From: an uncultured delta proteobacterium
Lineage (GTDB): Bacteria > Myxococcota_A > Polyangia > Polyangiales > Polyangiaceae
Length of the DNA: 64,000 bases
Assembly (NCBI GenBank): GCA_963806225.1
Contig: CAWDXG010000001.1
Span: 1,376,001-1,440,000 of the forward strand
Direction of reading: 5' to 3'
A model generated the notes under the pieces. It saw only the letters and a list, made by a program, of their open reading frames with translations. It did no database searches and was not told the DNA's origin. Made by a program: the position numbers and the translations under genes. Below are positions 1 to 10,242 of this stretch, one piece after another. Every line of letters begins with the position of its first letter. The stretch's first letter is position 1.

Positions 1-1251
1 GCTTCGTGCATGGCGACCCGGGGCGGCTCAGGCAGATCCTGCTCAACCTGCTCGGCAACGCCGTGAAGTTCACCGACCACGGCAGCATCCGGATCCGCGT
101 CAGGCGCGACCGCGATGCCGACGGGCTCCTGCGATTCGACGTGCGGGACACCGGCATCGGCATCCCGACCGACGCGCAGCAGCGCCTTTTCGCCCCCTTC
201 GAGCAGGCCGACAACTCCACCACCCGCCGCTACGGCGGCACCGGTCTCGGCCTTGCGATCACGCGCCGGCTGGTCGACCGCATGGGAGGCACGATCGCCG
301 TGGACAGCCAGGTCGGTTGCGGCTCGACGTTCAGCTTCTCGGTGCGGCTGCGGGCGGTGGACGGCGACGCGCTGGAGTCCTCGCGACATCTGAAGGTGGC
401 GCCGCGCCGGCACTCCCTCGGAGCGCCGCGCGCAGCCAACGGGCCGCCGCGCGTCCTGGTTGTGGAGGATAACGCGGTCAACCAGAAAGTGACCGCGTTG
501 ATGCTCGAGCGGCTCTCTCTGGCGCCTACTGTGGCGGGCAATGGGCACGAGGCCCTCGCGCTGCTCGAGCGCGCTGATTACGACGTGGTGTTGATGGACT
601 GCCACATGCCGGACATGGACGGCTTCGAGGCGACGGCGCGCGTGCGGGAGCTGCCCGGCGATCGGGGGCAGGTGCCGATCGTTGCGCTCACGGCCAGTAC
701 CACCGCAGAGGATCGCGAGCGCTGCATCCGGGCAGGCATGGACGACTTCCTGGCCAAGCCGGTGGACCGGGAACAGCTCGCCGAGGTCGTCGAACGTTGG
801 TTGTCGCCCCGCGACGCGGCGATGCCGACGTCGCCCCGCGACGCGGCGATGCCGATGTCGCCCCGCGCTCGCACGACCGACGCGGAGCCCGCGCTGCTCG
901 ACGAGCAGCGCGTCGCGATGCTCGTGGACGACCTCGAGGACGATTCTACTGGCCGAGCTCTTCGATCTCTACGAGCGCGACACCCGGGCCTACGTCGACG
1001 AGATCCTGGGCCATCGCGCCGCTGGGGAACGGACCGGACATGGGCGCGTTGCGCATGCGCTCAAAGGGGCCAGCCTGAACCTCGGAGCCCAGCGTCTGGC
1101 CGCACTCGCCAAGCGGCTCGAGAGCGCAGAGGGTGACGAGCTGGACCAGCTCGTGGAACGGTTGCCGGGCGAGCACGCGCGCACGCTCGAGGCTCTGCAG
1201 CGGCGGTTCGCTCCGCGAGCCGCCGCAGACGGCGAGAAGCTCGCTATGTAG
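1..1251 (+). CDS. Hybrid sensor histidine kinase, C-terminal part (HATPase-REC-Hpt); starts before the window; +1 frameshift near 945
   Basis: QILLNLLGNAVKFT, DTGIGI and GGTGLGLAI boxes; receiver motifs VLVVEDN, LMDCHMP and KP. The Hpt domain (VAHALKGASLNLGA) continues in the 682..1251 frame. Confidence 0.9.
804..867 (+). repeat. 27-bp in-frame tandem repeat (SPRDAAMPx, about 2.3 copies) in the REC-Hpt linker
   Basis: tcgccccgcgacgcggcgatgccga repeated. Confidence 0.8.
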
Positions 1252-1284
1252 CAAAATGCCACGATTTCGTGGCATTTTGCTACA
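1247..1284. terminator. Perfect 17-bp-stem hairpin between convergent genes, probable bidirectional terminator
   Basis: TGTAGCAAAATGCCACG-attt-CGTGGCATTTTGCTACA. Confidence 0.75.
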
Positions 1285-2149
1285 ATCTAAGCAGGTCCAG
1301 GGGCATCTCCGGCATGGCGCCGGGCTGCGAGGCGACGTAGGCGGCGTAGCGATTGGCGCGCTCCGCGACTTCTGCCGGCGCTCTGCCGCCGAGTAGCTGG
1401 TGGACGAGCATGGCGGTGAAAGCGTCGCCGGCGCCGACGCGATCTCCGCTTGACGCATCCACCGGGAAACCGCCGTGCTCCGCGCGGGCGGTGCGCGTGG
1501 CGACGAGCGCGCCGCGCTCGCCGCGTGTCGCGGCTACCAGCTCCACGCCGCGCCCGAGCAGCCAGCCCACCGGATCGGAGGTGGCGTAGCGCTCGGCGAC
1601 GAGCGCGGCCTCGGCTTCGTTCAGCTTGACGACGCGCGCGGCCGACAGCGCGGTGTCCACGACGGCGTGCGTCGCGAAGGGCGGTCGCACGTTGAGATCG
1701 CAGGCGCGCCAGCAGCTTTTCGCGGTATCCGCCAGCGCGGCCCCCAGCGACGCCGACCCGAGCGGAGTGCGCTGCGCCAGCGTGCCGTAGTAGAGCGCGG
1801 GCGCGCTCTCTACGAGCGGCGCCAGCGACAGCGGATACTCGATGCGATCCCAGGCGGCTCCGGAGGCGAGCGTGTAGCGCGGCTCGCCGCCTACCAGCGT
1901 GACGCCGACCGTGCCGGTCGGGCTCTCGGTGTCGATCTGCACCTGGGAGACGTCCACGCCGCTCTGCTCGAGCTGCTGCAACGCCGCGTGACCCGGCTCG
2001 TCGTCGCCGACGCGGCTGACCAGCACTACCGCGTGACCGAGCTGGGCCAGGTGATAGGCGACGTTGGCCGCCGTACCGCCCAGGCGCCGTCCCTCCGGGA
2101 ACAGGTCCCAGAGCAGCTCGCCCCAGCAGACGACGGGCGCGGCCGTCAT
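1280..2149 (-). CDS. PfkB-family carbohydrate kinase (fructokinase-like)
   Basis: VVCWGELLWD, GGTAANVA and DRVGAGDAF PfkB signatures; start taken at MTAAPVV. Confidence 0.9.
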   Translation of the reverse strand: MTAAPVVCWGELLWDLFPEGRRLGGTAANVAYHLAQLGHAVVLVSRVGDDEPGHAALQQLEQSGVDVSQVQIDTESPTGTVGVTLVGGEPRYTLASGAAWDRIEYPLSLAPLVESAPALYYGTLAQRTPLGSASLGAALADTAKSCWRACDLNVRPPFATHAVVDTALSAARVVKLNEAEAALVAERYATSDPVGWLLGRGVELVAATRGERGALVATRTARAEHGGFPVDASSGDRVGAGDAFTAMLVHQLLGGRAPAEVAERANRYAAYVASQPGAMPEMPLDLLRL

Positions 2150-2192
2150 GCTTCGATCAGCGTCACGGCGGGACCGCAGCGTCGTCGCGGAT

Positions 2193-2690
2193 TCAGTACA
2201 CGCATTTCGGTTGGCTGCCGCTGCAGGCCTGCGCCACGGCGTGCAGCTCGGTTTCACAGTAGCCGCAGCGCAGCGCCAGATTCCCGTTCTTGTCGCACTT
2301 GACTGCGTCCGGACCGGTCGTCAGAAAACAACGGTAGGCATCGGCCAAAGCGTTGATGCATCCCGCGGGCATGGAGCTGGGGACGCCATTGCAGCCGCAG
2401 TCGGGGCCGGGCGTTCCGGGGCACTGGAGGCTGTTCGTCAGGCGATTGCAGGCCTTGAGGCAGCAGTCCGTGAACCCGCTGCACGTGGGCGGCGGACCTC
2501 CGCCCGTGCCGCCGCTGGACGTGCCGCCGCTGGACGTGCCGCCGCTGGACGTGCCGCCGCTGGACGTGCCGCCGCTGGACGTGCCGCCGCTGGACGTGCC
2601 GCCACTCGACGTGCCGCCACTCTGTACGTTGCCGCCGCACGCCGCGGCGAGGAGTGCGATCGCGGGCCAGCCCAGCATCCGGTAGTGCAT
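2193..2690 (-). CDS. Cys-rich lipoprotein with GGTSS-repeat linker
   Basis: Lipobox LAAAC, GGTSS repeats, Cys-rich C-terminal domain. Confidence 0.75.
   Translation of the reverse strand: MHYRMLGWPAIALLAAACGGNVQSGGTSSGGTSSGGTSSGGTSSGGTSSGGTSSGGTSSGGTGGGPPPTCSGFTDCCLKACNRLTNSLQCPGTPGPDCGCNGVPSSMPAGCINALADAYRCFLTTGPDAVKCDKNGNLALRCGYCETELHAVAQACSGSQPKCVY
2506..2620. repeat. 15-bp tandem repeat (about 7 copies) encoding GGTSS
   Basis: gtgccgccgctggac units. Confidence 0.95.
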
Positions 2691-2794
2691 CCGGCGAGGA
2701 TACTCCTGCTCGGCCCTGGACCGAAGCGGCCGGCTTGAACGTGGCGCTGGGCCGTGCTTCGCTCCGGGCGTCGAAAGCCCCGCGGCCACGCAGG

Positions 2795-4024
2795 ATGCAC
2801 AACAAGCTCTATTGGCGGATCGCGTTCGCCCTCGCTCTGACCGGCTGCAACGTGCCGGCGCCGCCGGCTGCCCACGCCACGGATGCCGAGCAGGGTCTCG
2901 TCGTCGTCGAGACCGACTACCAGTCTTCGAATGTCGGCCTTCTCGGCGAGGACGGCAGCGTGCTGTCGCCGTCGCTGGTCTCGTCGGGCAGCGGCGCGAC
3001 GGGGCTCTCGGCGCTGCTTTCCGGAGACACCGTCCTGCCCGGGCCGGCGCTGCACGGCAGCATCGTGGTGATCGATCGCGGCTCGGCTGTCCTCTCCTGG
3101 GTGGATCCGGCGACGGCCCGCGTCACCGCACAGCTCTCGGTGGCCACCGGCTTCCACTCCAACCCCCAGGACTACGTGCAGGCCGCGCCCGATCGCGCCT
3201 ACGTGCCGCGCCTCGAAGGCAACCAGGACCCGGGGCAGGAGCCCTTCGACGGGGGCAACGACGTGCTGGTGATCGATCCGCGCGCACCGCGCATCACCGG
3301 GCGTGTCGACCTGATGCCCGCGATGAAGGGCGAGGACCCGAAGTACCTGCCGCGCGCCAACCGGGTCGTCATGGCCGACGGACAGCTCGACGTGCTCTTG
3401 TCCGGCTACGCCGAGGACTTCTGCGATTCCTCTCCGGAGTCCCGCCTGGCCAGTATCGATCCGGCGACGAACGAGATCGCCGACGTGCTCGTGCTGGCGG
3501 GGTTGCACGGCTGTACCGCCATGTCGCTGTCGCCCGACGGCGGTACCCTCGCCGTCAACTGCTCGGGCTTCCACCAGTGTGGGGATCCAGTGATGGCCGA
3601 GTCTGGCGTGGCGCTGGTGTCGCTCGGCCCGTCGCTTGCGGTCGAACGGCGCTTCGCGGCGACGGATCTCGGGCAGGGCGCGCTCGCTTTCGGCGTCGCG
3701 TGGGCGGGTCCACACACGCTCCTCGTGAGCAGCTTCGGGCGGGAGGCGGACGCCAGCGGTCCGGCGCGGAAGGACTCGCTGCTGGAACTGGATACGACGA
3801 CGGGCGCGCACCGCCTGCTGCTGCAATCGGACGCGTTCGCCCTGGGCGAGGTGCGCTGCGTCTCGGGCAAGGTGTGCTTCGCGGCGGACGCGGGCCGAGG
3901 TGTCGTCTATCGCTTCGGAGTCGATGCGAGCGGGCACCTGGGCAGCGCCGAGCCCGCCCCCATGCACTCGGGCACCGGACTGCCGCCGCGCTATCTGGGC
4001 TGGTTCGACGCTTCGGGCGGGTGA
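2795..4024 (+). CDS. Beta-propeller (YncE-like) lipoprotein
   Basis: Lipobox LTGC; repeated xxIDPxTxxI/V blade motifs; NPQD motif. Confidence 0.7.
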   Translation: MHNKLYWRIAFALALTGCNVPAPPAAHATDAEQGLVVVETDYQSSNVGLLGEDGSVLSPSLVSSGSGATGLSALLSGDTVLPGPALHGSIVVIDRGSAVLSWVDPATARVTAQLSVATGFHSNPQDYVQAAPDRAYVPRLEGNQDPGQEPFDGGNDVLVIDPRAPRITGRVDLMPAMKGEDPKYLPRANRVVMADGQLDVLLSGYAEDFCDSSPESRLASIDPATNEIADVLVLAGLHGCTAMSLSPDGGTLAVNCSGFHQCGDPVMAESGVALVSLGPSLAVERRFAATDLGQGALAFGVAWAGPHTLLVSSFGREADASGPARKDSLLELDTTTGAHRLLLQSDAFALGEVRCVSGKVCFAADAGRGVVYRFGVDASGHLGSAEPAPMHSGTGLPPRYLGWFDASGG

Positions 4025-4055
4025 CGCCGCGCGCGGATCGCGGCATAAAGGCGCG

Positions 4056-4937
<882 letters not shown>

Positions 4938-5012
4938 TCGCGAGGGCGACGGCAAGCAGAAGCGTGGGCTTGGTCGCCGGGCTTGTGGGTGCTATGGGGC
5001 GGGCCGGCGTCC

Positions 5013-5381
5013 ATGGACATCGTCAACCTCATCGCCCTGGTGCTCGCGCTCGTCTACACGCTCAGGAAGATGGAGGTGCAGCGGCGCGAGCCGGACATGT
5101 ATCCCCAGGTGCCGGCGGAGGAATTCAAGCGCTGGAAGCACAAGGCACTGAAGGCGTACAACATCTCGAGCCTGTCCTGCGTAGTGAAGCTCGCCGCGGA
5201 TCTCGCCTTCTGGTACCTGTACGCCAAGCAGTCCTTTGCGATTCCGGTGGTGGTGTTCGCCGTGGGCGGGACGATCTTCCTGGCCTGGGTGGCCGCGCTC
5301 CTGGTGGGCGCGCTTTTGGCGGGTTCGTCGCGCAAGCTGAGGCTCGAGCTGGGCATCGATCTGCGCGCTCGGGTCCAGTGA
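5013..5381 (+). CDS. Hypothetical 3-TM membrane protein
   Basis: High-GC3 codon usage, three hydrophobic segments. Confidence 0.7.
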   Translation: MDIVNLIALVLALVYTLRKMEVQRREPDMYPQVPAEEFKRWKHKALKAYNISSLSCVVKLAADLAFWYLYAKQSFAIPVVVFAVGGTIFLAWVAALLVGALLAGSSRKLRLELGIDLRARVQ

Positions 5382-5461
5382 CCCCGGCAAACAGGGCAAG
5401 CGGAGCTCCGGGGCGGACCACTGGGAAGGCGCGCCGCCACCCGACCGTAGATAGTGACGTG

Positions 5462-5668
5462 ATGGGTGACAGTCGGCCCGCCTTCACCTTCGGCATCCTG
5501 CTCTCCGGTCTTCTCGCGGCCGAGGCGGAGGTCCAGGCTGCGCCCGCCCCGCGCCGCCGCCGCCCGCTCAGGGCCCGCTCCGGCACGTACCCGAACCCCT
5601 CCCGCACGCCCGTCTCCGAAGCTCCGGGCCCCCGGCCCGGTCCGGACGCGCCGTCCGCGACGCGCTAG
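5462..5668 (+). CDS. Possible small hypothetical protein
   Basis: MGDSRPAFTFGILLSGLLAAEAE start; fills the gap and converges on the TetR stop. Confidence 0.3.
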   Translation: MGDSRPAFTFGILLSGLLAAEAEVQAAPAPRRRRPLRARSGTYPNPSRTPVSEAPGPRPGPDAPSATR

Positions 5669-6378
5669 CCCTGCAGCGCCGGCGGGGAGCCGCCGAGGCC
5701 GGACCACAACAGGCCCAGCTGCTGCTGGTAGGCCTGCCGGATGCGTTCCGGCTGGTTGCAGCACATCCACAGCGGGACGCCGAAGAAGATGCTGACCAGC
5801 GCAAGCAGCGCGGCATCGAGATCCGCCGCAGTGGGCAGCTCGCCGAGCTCGACCGCCCGCTCGAGCGCGGGCCGGAACACATGCTCCAGCTGCACGTCGG
5901 GGAGGCTCTCCACGCACTTCTGGTCCGGGAAGGCCTGCCGGCATTCGGCCAGCGTGAGCTCGGTCGTCCCCTGGCAGGTGTTGCCATGCGGGTCCAGAGC
6001 CATGTGGCCAATGATTTCCTGCATGATCCTGGGGTGCTCCGCCAGCTCGCGCCCCGTGGACTGGAAGATGTGCTCGATGAACGCCAGCCCGGCGCCCTCG
6101 CCGACCGCCTCGCGCGCCTTGAGCGTGACCTCGAGCGTCCAGATCCGGATGTAGTAGTGGAGCAGGTCGTCCTTCTTCGGGAAGTAGTTGAAGAAGGTCG
6201 CCTCGCAGATCTGCACCTCTTCGCACAGCTCCTTGACCGTGATGTCGGACAGGGGCTTTTCGCGAAGCTTCTCGATGGCGGTCTCCAGAAGCGCCAGCTT
6301 GGTCCGGGCGTATTTCCGCTCGCGGAGCGAAAGCCGCGGGGGCCTGGAGTCGTGGAGAGCTGTACCGGGGCTGGTCAT
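5665..6378 (-). CDS. TetR/AcrR-family transcriptional regulator
   Basis: LRERKYARTK...ITVKELCEEVQICEATFFNYFPKKDDL helix-turn-helix. Confidence 0.92.
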   Translation of the reverse strand: MTSPGTALHDSRPPRLSLRERKYARTKLALLETAIEKLREKPLSDITVKELCEEVQICEATFFNYFPKKDDLLHYYIRIWTLEVTLKAREAVGEGAGLAFIEHIFQSTGRELAEHPRIMQEIIGHMALDPHGNTCQGTTELTLAECRQAFPDQKCVESLPDVQLEHVFRPALERAVELGELPTAADLDAALLALVSIFFGVPLWMCCNQPERIRQAYQQQLGLLWSGLGGSPPALQG

Positions 6379-6609
6379 TCGTCGGGGTGGGGCTCGGACC
6401 GCCCCCCGGATCGGTCCTCACAAGAGCATAATACCCGACGCCTGGACCGCGAGCCCATTGTAGTGGGTTTTGCTGACATCCGTTGGCCGACGACCCGCTG
6501 CGTCATGCGTTTTCCCGGGCGCCTTGGCCCGCTTGCCTGCGGTCAAGTCGCGTCAGAGCGGCCGTCGGTCGCGGGCCGGACCGCGGAAAAGGAGTGGCCG
6601 CCTGGCGGC

Positions 6610-7050
6610 TCAGCCCCAGAAGCCCCGCACCGAAGTCACGTAGATGCCAAGTCCGCCGGTGAGCAGGCACAGCGCGGCGGCGAGCGCGTACACGATTGCC
6701 GCGGAACGGCGCAGTCCGGTCGCGTGCCGCGGTGCAGCCAGCGCCGCGACCAGCGCGCCCAGAGCAAGGCACACGACGGCGAGCGCGAGGTGCTCCTTCG
6801 TCTCGAACAGCATGCCGGCGTGCAGGTTGGTGCGGAACAGCGCGCGCTTCACCAGGTTGCGGTAGTCCGCGTAGATGGCGATCCCGGCCGAGTACGCCAG
6901 CACGGTGAACGCCGTCGACAGCGACACGGCCCAGCGACTGCGGTAGCCAAGCGGCTTGCCCGTCCGCAGCACGATTGCCGGGTGGATCAGCGCCGCCGCG
7001 GCCAGCATGCCGAGGTGGCCGTGGATGGATTGCAGCACGCGGATGTACAT
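6610..7050 (-). CDS. Hypothetical 4-TM membrane protein with several His residues
   Basis: MYIRVLQSIHGHLG...HPA...KEHLA; coupled to the upstream stop. Confidence 0.7.
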   Translation of the reverse strand: MYIRVLQSIHGHLGMLAAAALIHPAIVLRTGKPLGYRSRWAVSLSTAFTVLAYSAGIAIYADYRNLVKRALFRTNLHAGMLFETKEHLALAVVCLALGALVAALAAPRHATGLRRSAAIVYALAAALCLLTGGLGIYVTSVRGFWG

Positions 7051-7391
7051 CACGGGAATACGAACGCCGCGACGGCGACCAGTGGGACCAGGATCAGCGC
7101 GGCGACAGCGAGCCGTCGCGCGCGCCGCTCGTCGGAGGGATCGCGCTCGTCGCGCATGAAGTGGAGGAACGACAGTAGCGCGAGCATCAGCCCCCACCAC
7201 ACCGCCACGGCGACCCGCCAGTAGTACACGGTGTGCAGCGTGCGCAGGATCAGCATCGGGTTCGACGCCTCGCCGCGCGCATACTCGTACAGCCGTTCGG
7301 CGGCATAGGTCACCGGCGCGCCGATCGCGAACACCAGCGCCGCCGCCGCGATCGCCCCGCGGCGGCGCTCGCTGTCAGTCGCCGGCGTCAT
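7050..7391 (-). CDS. Hypothetical 3-TM membrane protein
   Basis: Hydrophobic segments; overlaps both neighbours. Confidence 0.65.
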   Translation of the reverse strand: MTPATDSERRRGAIAAAALVFAIGAPVTYAAERLYEYARGEASNPMLILRTLHTVYYWRVAVAVWWGLMLALLSFLHFMRDERDPSDERRARRLAVAALILVPLVAVAAFVFP

Positions 7392-7572
7392 CGCGTTCTT
7401 CCTCGTCTTTCTTGGCTTCGCTGTCGTCCGGCGGCTCGCGGCGGCGGCGGCGCGGCAGGAGCGCAAACGCCGTCAGCATGCTGGCCCCCACGACGGTGAG
7501 CCCCAGCAGCACCTCCACCGTGCTGCCGCTCGAGCCGTTGCCGAGCGGGCGCTGGCTGCGCGGTGCGTTCAT
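7375..7572 (-). CDS. Small single-TM protein
   Basis: MNAPRSQ..., one TM, then RRRRR and an acidic tail; ATGA overlap with the upstream gene. Confidence 0.5.
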   Translation of the reverse strand: MNAPRSQRPLGNGSSGSTVEVLLGLTVVGASMLTAFALLPRRRRREPPDDSEAKKDEEERDDAGD

Positions 7573-8621
7573 CGCGAAAGGGCCCTCATCGAGACCAGCA
7601 TACCGAGCAGCGTGCGCGAGTAGTAGAAGGCCAGGAAACCGACCGCGAGCTGCGACAGCACACCGAGTGCGATGATCACGCGTCGGAGCCGTGGACGCTC
7701 CCGCGTGGCGTCCAGGCCGATGCCCGCAACCGAGGCGAGCAGGAGCAGGCCGGCCGAGGCCGGCGCGAGCAGCAACATCGCGCGCCAGGTCTGGGGCCGG
7801 TGCATCCTTGCCAGGATGACGGGCAGTGAGTAGGCGAACGCGCCGATGCCGAGTCGCCCGGGCGACAGCGCCTGCTTCAAACGGGAAGGGCAGAGCCCGC
7901 GCCAGCCACCGAGCCCGAGCGACAGCGCCACGAACAGGCCGATCAGCGCGAACGACAGCGGGCACGCCCAGCGCGCCACCCGTTCCACCTCGAGGAAGCT
8001 CGTTTCGGCCTTCTTGCCGAGACCGGCGCGTCGCAGCGCATCGATCGACGCATGCACGTCGCCGAGCTTCGCCCGTGCCAGCGCGAGCCCCATGGTCGCC
8101 GCCTGCCAGTCGGCGCGGCCCAGCCCCGGCTCGGCGAGCCACTTCTGGTAGGCGTGCACCGCGTCCAGCGGCCGGTGCAGCCGGTGGAACCAGGAGTCGG
8201 CGATGAGCTCGCGCGACTCGCGGCGCACCTGGCCCGGCGGAAAGCCGTCGACCTGCGTCTCGAACGCCCGCAGCCGCTCCACGGTCAGCTGTCCCGGCGC
8301 GAGCTGCTGCATCCGCATGAGCGCGGCCAGCGGACCGGCGCCGCCGCGGCTGCGCTCACCCAGCCACTCCAGCCGCGTGCGCGCGCGGCGCGCCAGCCTG
8401 GCGTGAGGTGCGGCCTCGATCGCCTGCCTGTAGAGCTGGATAGCGTTGTCCACGCGCTCCTCGCGCTCGGCCCGCTCCGCCTGGCGGATGAGCTCCGTCT
8501 GGCGAGCTGCCGCGGCCGGCTCCGCCGCTCCGGCGCGCGACGGCCAACCGGCGGCGGCGACGAGCAGCGCGAACGCCGCGACGAGCCCGAACAGCGCGCG
8601 GCGGTGGGGGACAGACGGCAC
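7569..8621 (-). CDS. Signal peptide, TPR-like helical domain and C-terminal 4-TM membrane protein
   Basis: AIQLYRQAIEAAP TPR-like repeat; hydrophobic C-terminus. Confidence 0.7.
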   Translation of the reverse strand: MPSVPHRRALFGLVAAFALLVAAAGWPSRAGAAEPAAAARQTELIRQAERAEREERVDNAIQLYRQAIEAAPHARLARRARTRLEWLGERSRGGAGPLAALMRMQQLAPGQLTVERLRAFETQVDGFPPGQVRRESRELIADSWFHRLHRPLDAVHAYQKWLAEPGLGRADWQAATMGLALARAKLGDVHASIDALRRAGLGKKAETSFLEVERVARWACPLSFALIGLFVALSLGLGGWRGLCPSRLKQALSPGRLGIGAFAYSLPVILARMHRPQTWRAMLLLAPASAGLLLLASVAGIGLDATRERPRLRRVIIALGVLSQLAVGFLAFYYSRTLLGMLVSMRALSR

Positions 8622-8711
8622 GGCCGCGGAGTGTAGCGCCGGAAGCCGCAGCGTGCGCCGCGACGTCCTCCGGAGCCGCTGTGGGCGCGCCGCTCGGGGG
8701 CGGGAGCGGCC

Positions 8712-10163
8712 CTACTTCGTGTACTTGAAGCTCTCTATCGTGCTGCCGTCGGGGCGCAGGGCGCGATAGCCGAGCGTGTTGCCGTCGATGTCGAACACGA
8801 CGTAGTTGCGGGTCCTCTCGGTGTGCGCCGTGAAGTAGGCGGTGCCGGTGCCGTAGAGTGACGCGCCGGCGCCGCCGGCGACGAGGTAGATCGTGCCGCT
8901 ACCGTTCACCGGCGCGCCGTTCGCGTCGGCCTGGGCGAGCGCGCCGTTCTGCGTACCCGGCTGGAAGCCGCGGATGGGCAGCGAGCGCTCGTAGACGTGG
9001 TTGTGGCCGTTCAGCACGAAATCCACCTTGTACTGGTCGTACAGCGGCTGCCACGCCTTGCGCGTGTCCAGGTCGGGCGAGTGGTTCGACGCCGTGTAGA
9101 TCGGCTTGTGGTGTACGGCGAAGACCCACGGGGTCTTGTTCCGGTCGAGCTTGGACAGGTCGTCCTTCAGCCACTGCGTCTCGGAAGCCAGAGTGCTGCC
9201 CGTCGGCTGATCGTCGAGCATGACGAAGTGCGCGTTGGCGTAGCTGAACGAGTACCACTCCTCGCCTTCCGAGTCGGCGACCTCGCCCTGGCTCGCGGTT
9301 TCCGGCAGCGCGAACTGCGTGAAGTAGTTGATGACGAGGTTCTCGTGGTTGCCGTTGACGGGCATGAACGGGATGCGCGAAAGCGCGTCTTCTGCGCGGA
9401 AGCTGCCGCTGCTGGCCTCGAAAAAGGCATCCCAGTCCGCCTGGTTGGCGCCGGTGTGGACCGCGTCGCCGGTGAAGATCTGGAAATCGGGCGCTGCATC
9501 CATGAGCTTCTGCTCGATGGCGGCGAAGGCCGCCGGGTCGTCGCGCGAGTCGCCGAGCACCGCGAACCGGAACGGCGCCTGGGTCCCCGGCTTCGGGCCG
9601 GTCGCCACGTCGTAGACGGTGCTGAAGTGCCCGGGGCCGCCGACCTTGTAGTAGTAGGTCGTGCCCGCATCCAGCCCGCACACATGCACCTCGTGGATGC
9701 GCGTCTTCTGCGTGCTGAACAGGGGACTTCCGAAGATGAAAGTGTGGCCGGCCTGCAGCGTGACGCCGCTGCCCGCGCCGTCCGCGGCGCTCACCGCGGA
9801 CTTGTCGGTGCCGTAGACCAGCTCGGTGAGCCTCGTGTCCTGTCCTGTCTTCCAGTTGACGGCGAAGCTCGACGACGGATTGCCGGCCCAGCTGACGTGG
9901 ACGTGCACCGGGGCGGGGTCGGCGCCGGTGCCGCTCGCGTCCATCGAAGCGTCGTCCATGCCGTCGGGCAGAGTCACGGTGTAGCCGCAGCCCTTCGGCT
10001 GGTAGCTCGACAGCGGCCCGCCCGGGGAGCCGCCGCTGCCCGCCGAGCCTCCGCCAACTCCGGAAGAGCCGCCGCCAGCTCCGGAAGAGCCGCCGCTGCA
10101 GCCGAACCAGATCCAGGGCAGGGCAAGAGCCGGTGCCAGAGCCAGAAGCCACGTGGGGCGCAT
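8712..10163 (-). CDS. Purple acid phosphatase-family metallophosphoesterase lipoprotein (FN3-like N-terminal domain)
   Basis: GDSR, TGDAV, GNHE, HHKP and GHNHVYERS metal-binding motifs. Confidence 0.92.
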   Translation of the reverse strand: MRPTWLLALAPALALPWIWFGCSGGSSGAGGGSSGVGGGSAGSGGSPGGPLSSYQPKGCGYTVTLPDGMDDASMDASGTGADPAPVHVHVSWAGNPSSSFAVNWKTGQDTRLTELVYGTDKSAVSAADGAGSGVTLQAGHTFIFGSPLFSTQKTRIHEVHVCGLDAGTTYYYKVGGPGHFSTVYDVATGPKPGTQAPFRFAVLGDSRDDPAAFAAIEQKLMDAAPDFQIFTGDAVHTGANQADWDAFFEASSGSFRAEDALSRIPFMPVNGNHENLVINYFTQFALPETASQGEVADSEGEEWYSFSYANAHFVMLDDQPTGSTLASETQWLKDDLSKLDRNKTPWVFAVHHKPIYTASNHSPDLDTRKAWQPLYDQYKVDFVLNGHNHVYERSLPIRGFQPGTQNGALAQADANGAPVNGSGTIYLVAGGAGASLYGTGTAYFTAHTERTRNYVVFDIDGNTLGYRALRPDGSTIESFKYTK

Positions 10164-10242
10164 GATGACTTGGATAGCATTTCTGTGGCGACCGTGTAGC
10201 GAGCGGTGCAAGCCGCGCGAAAACCCGGTGCCGCGCTCGGTC

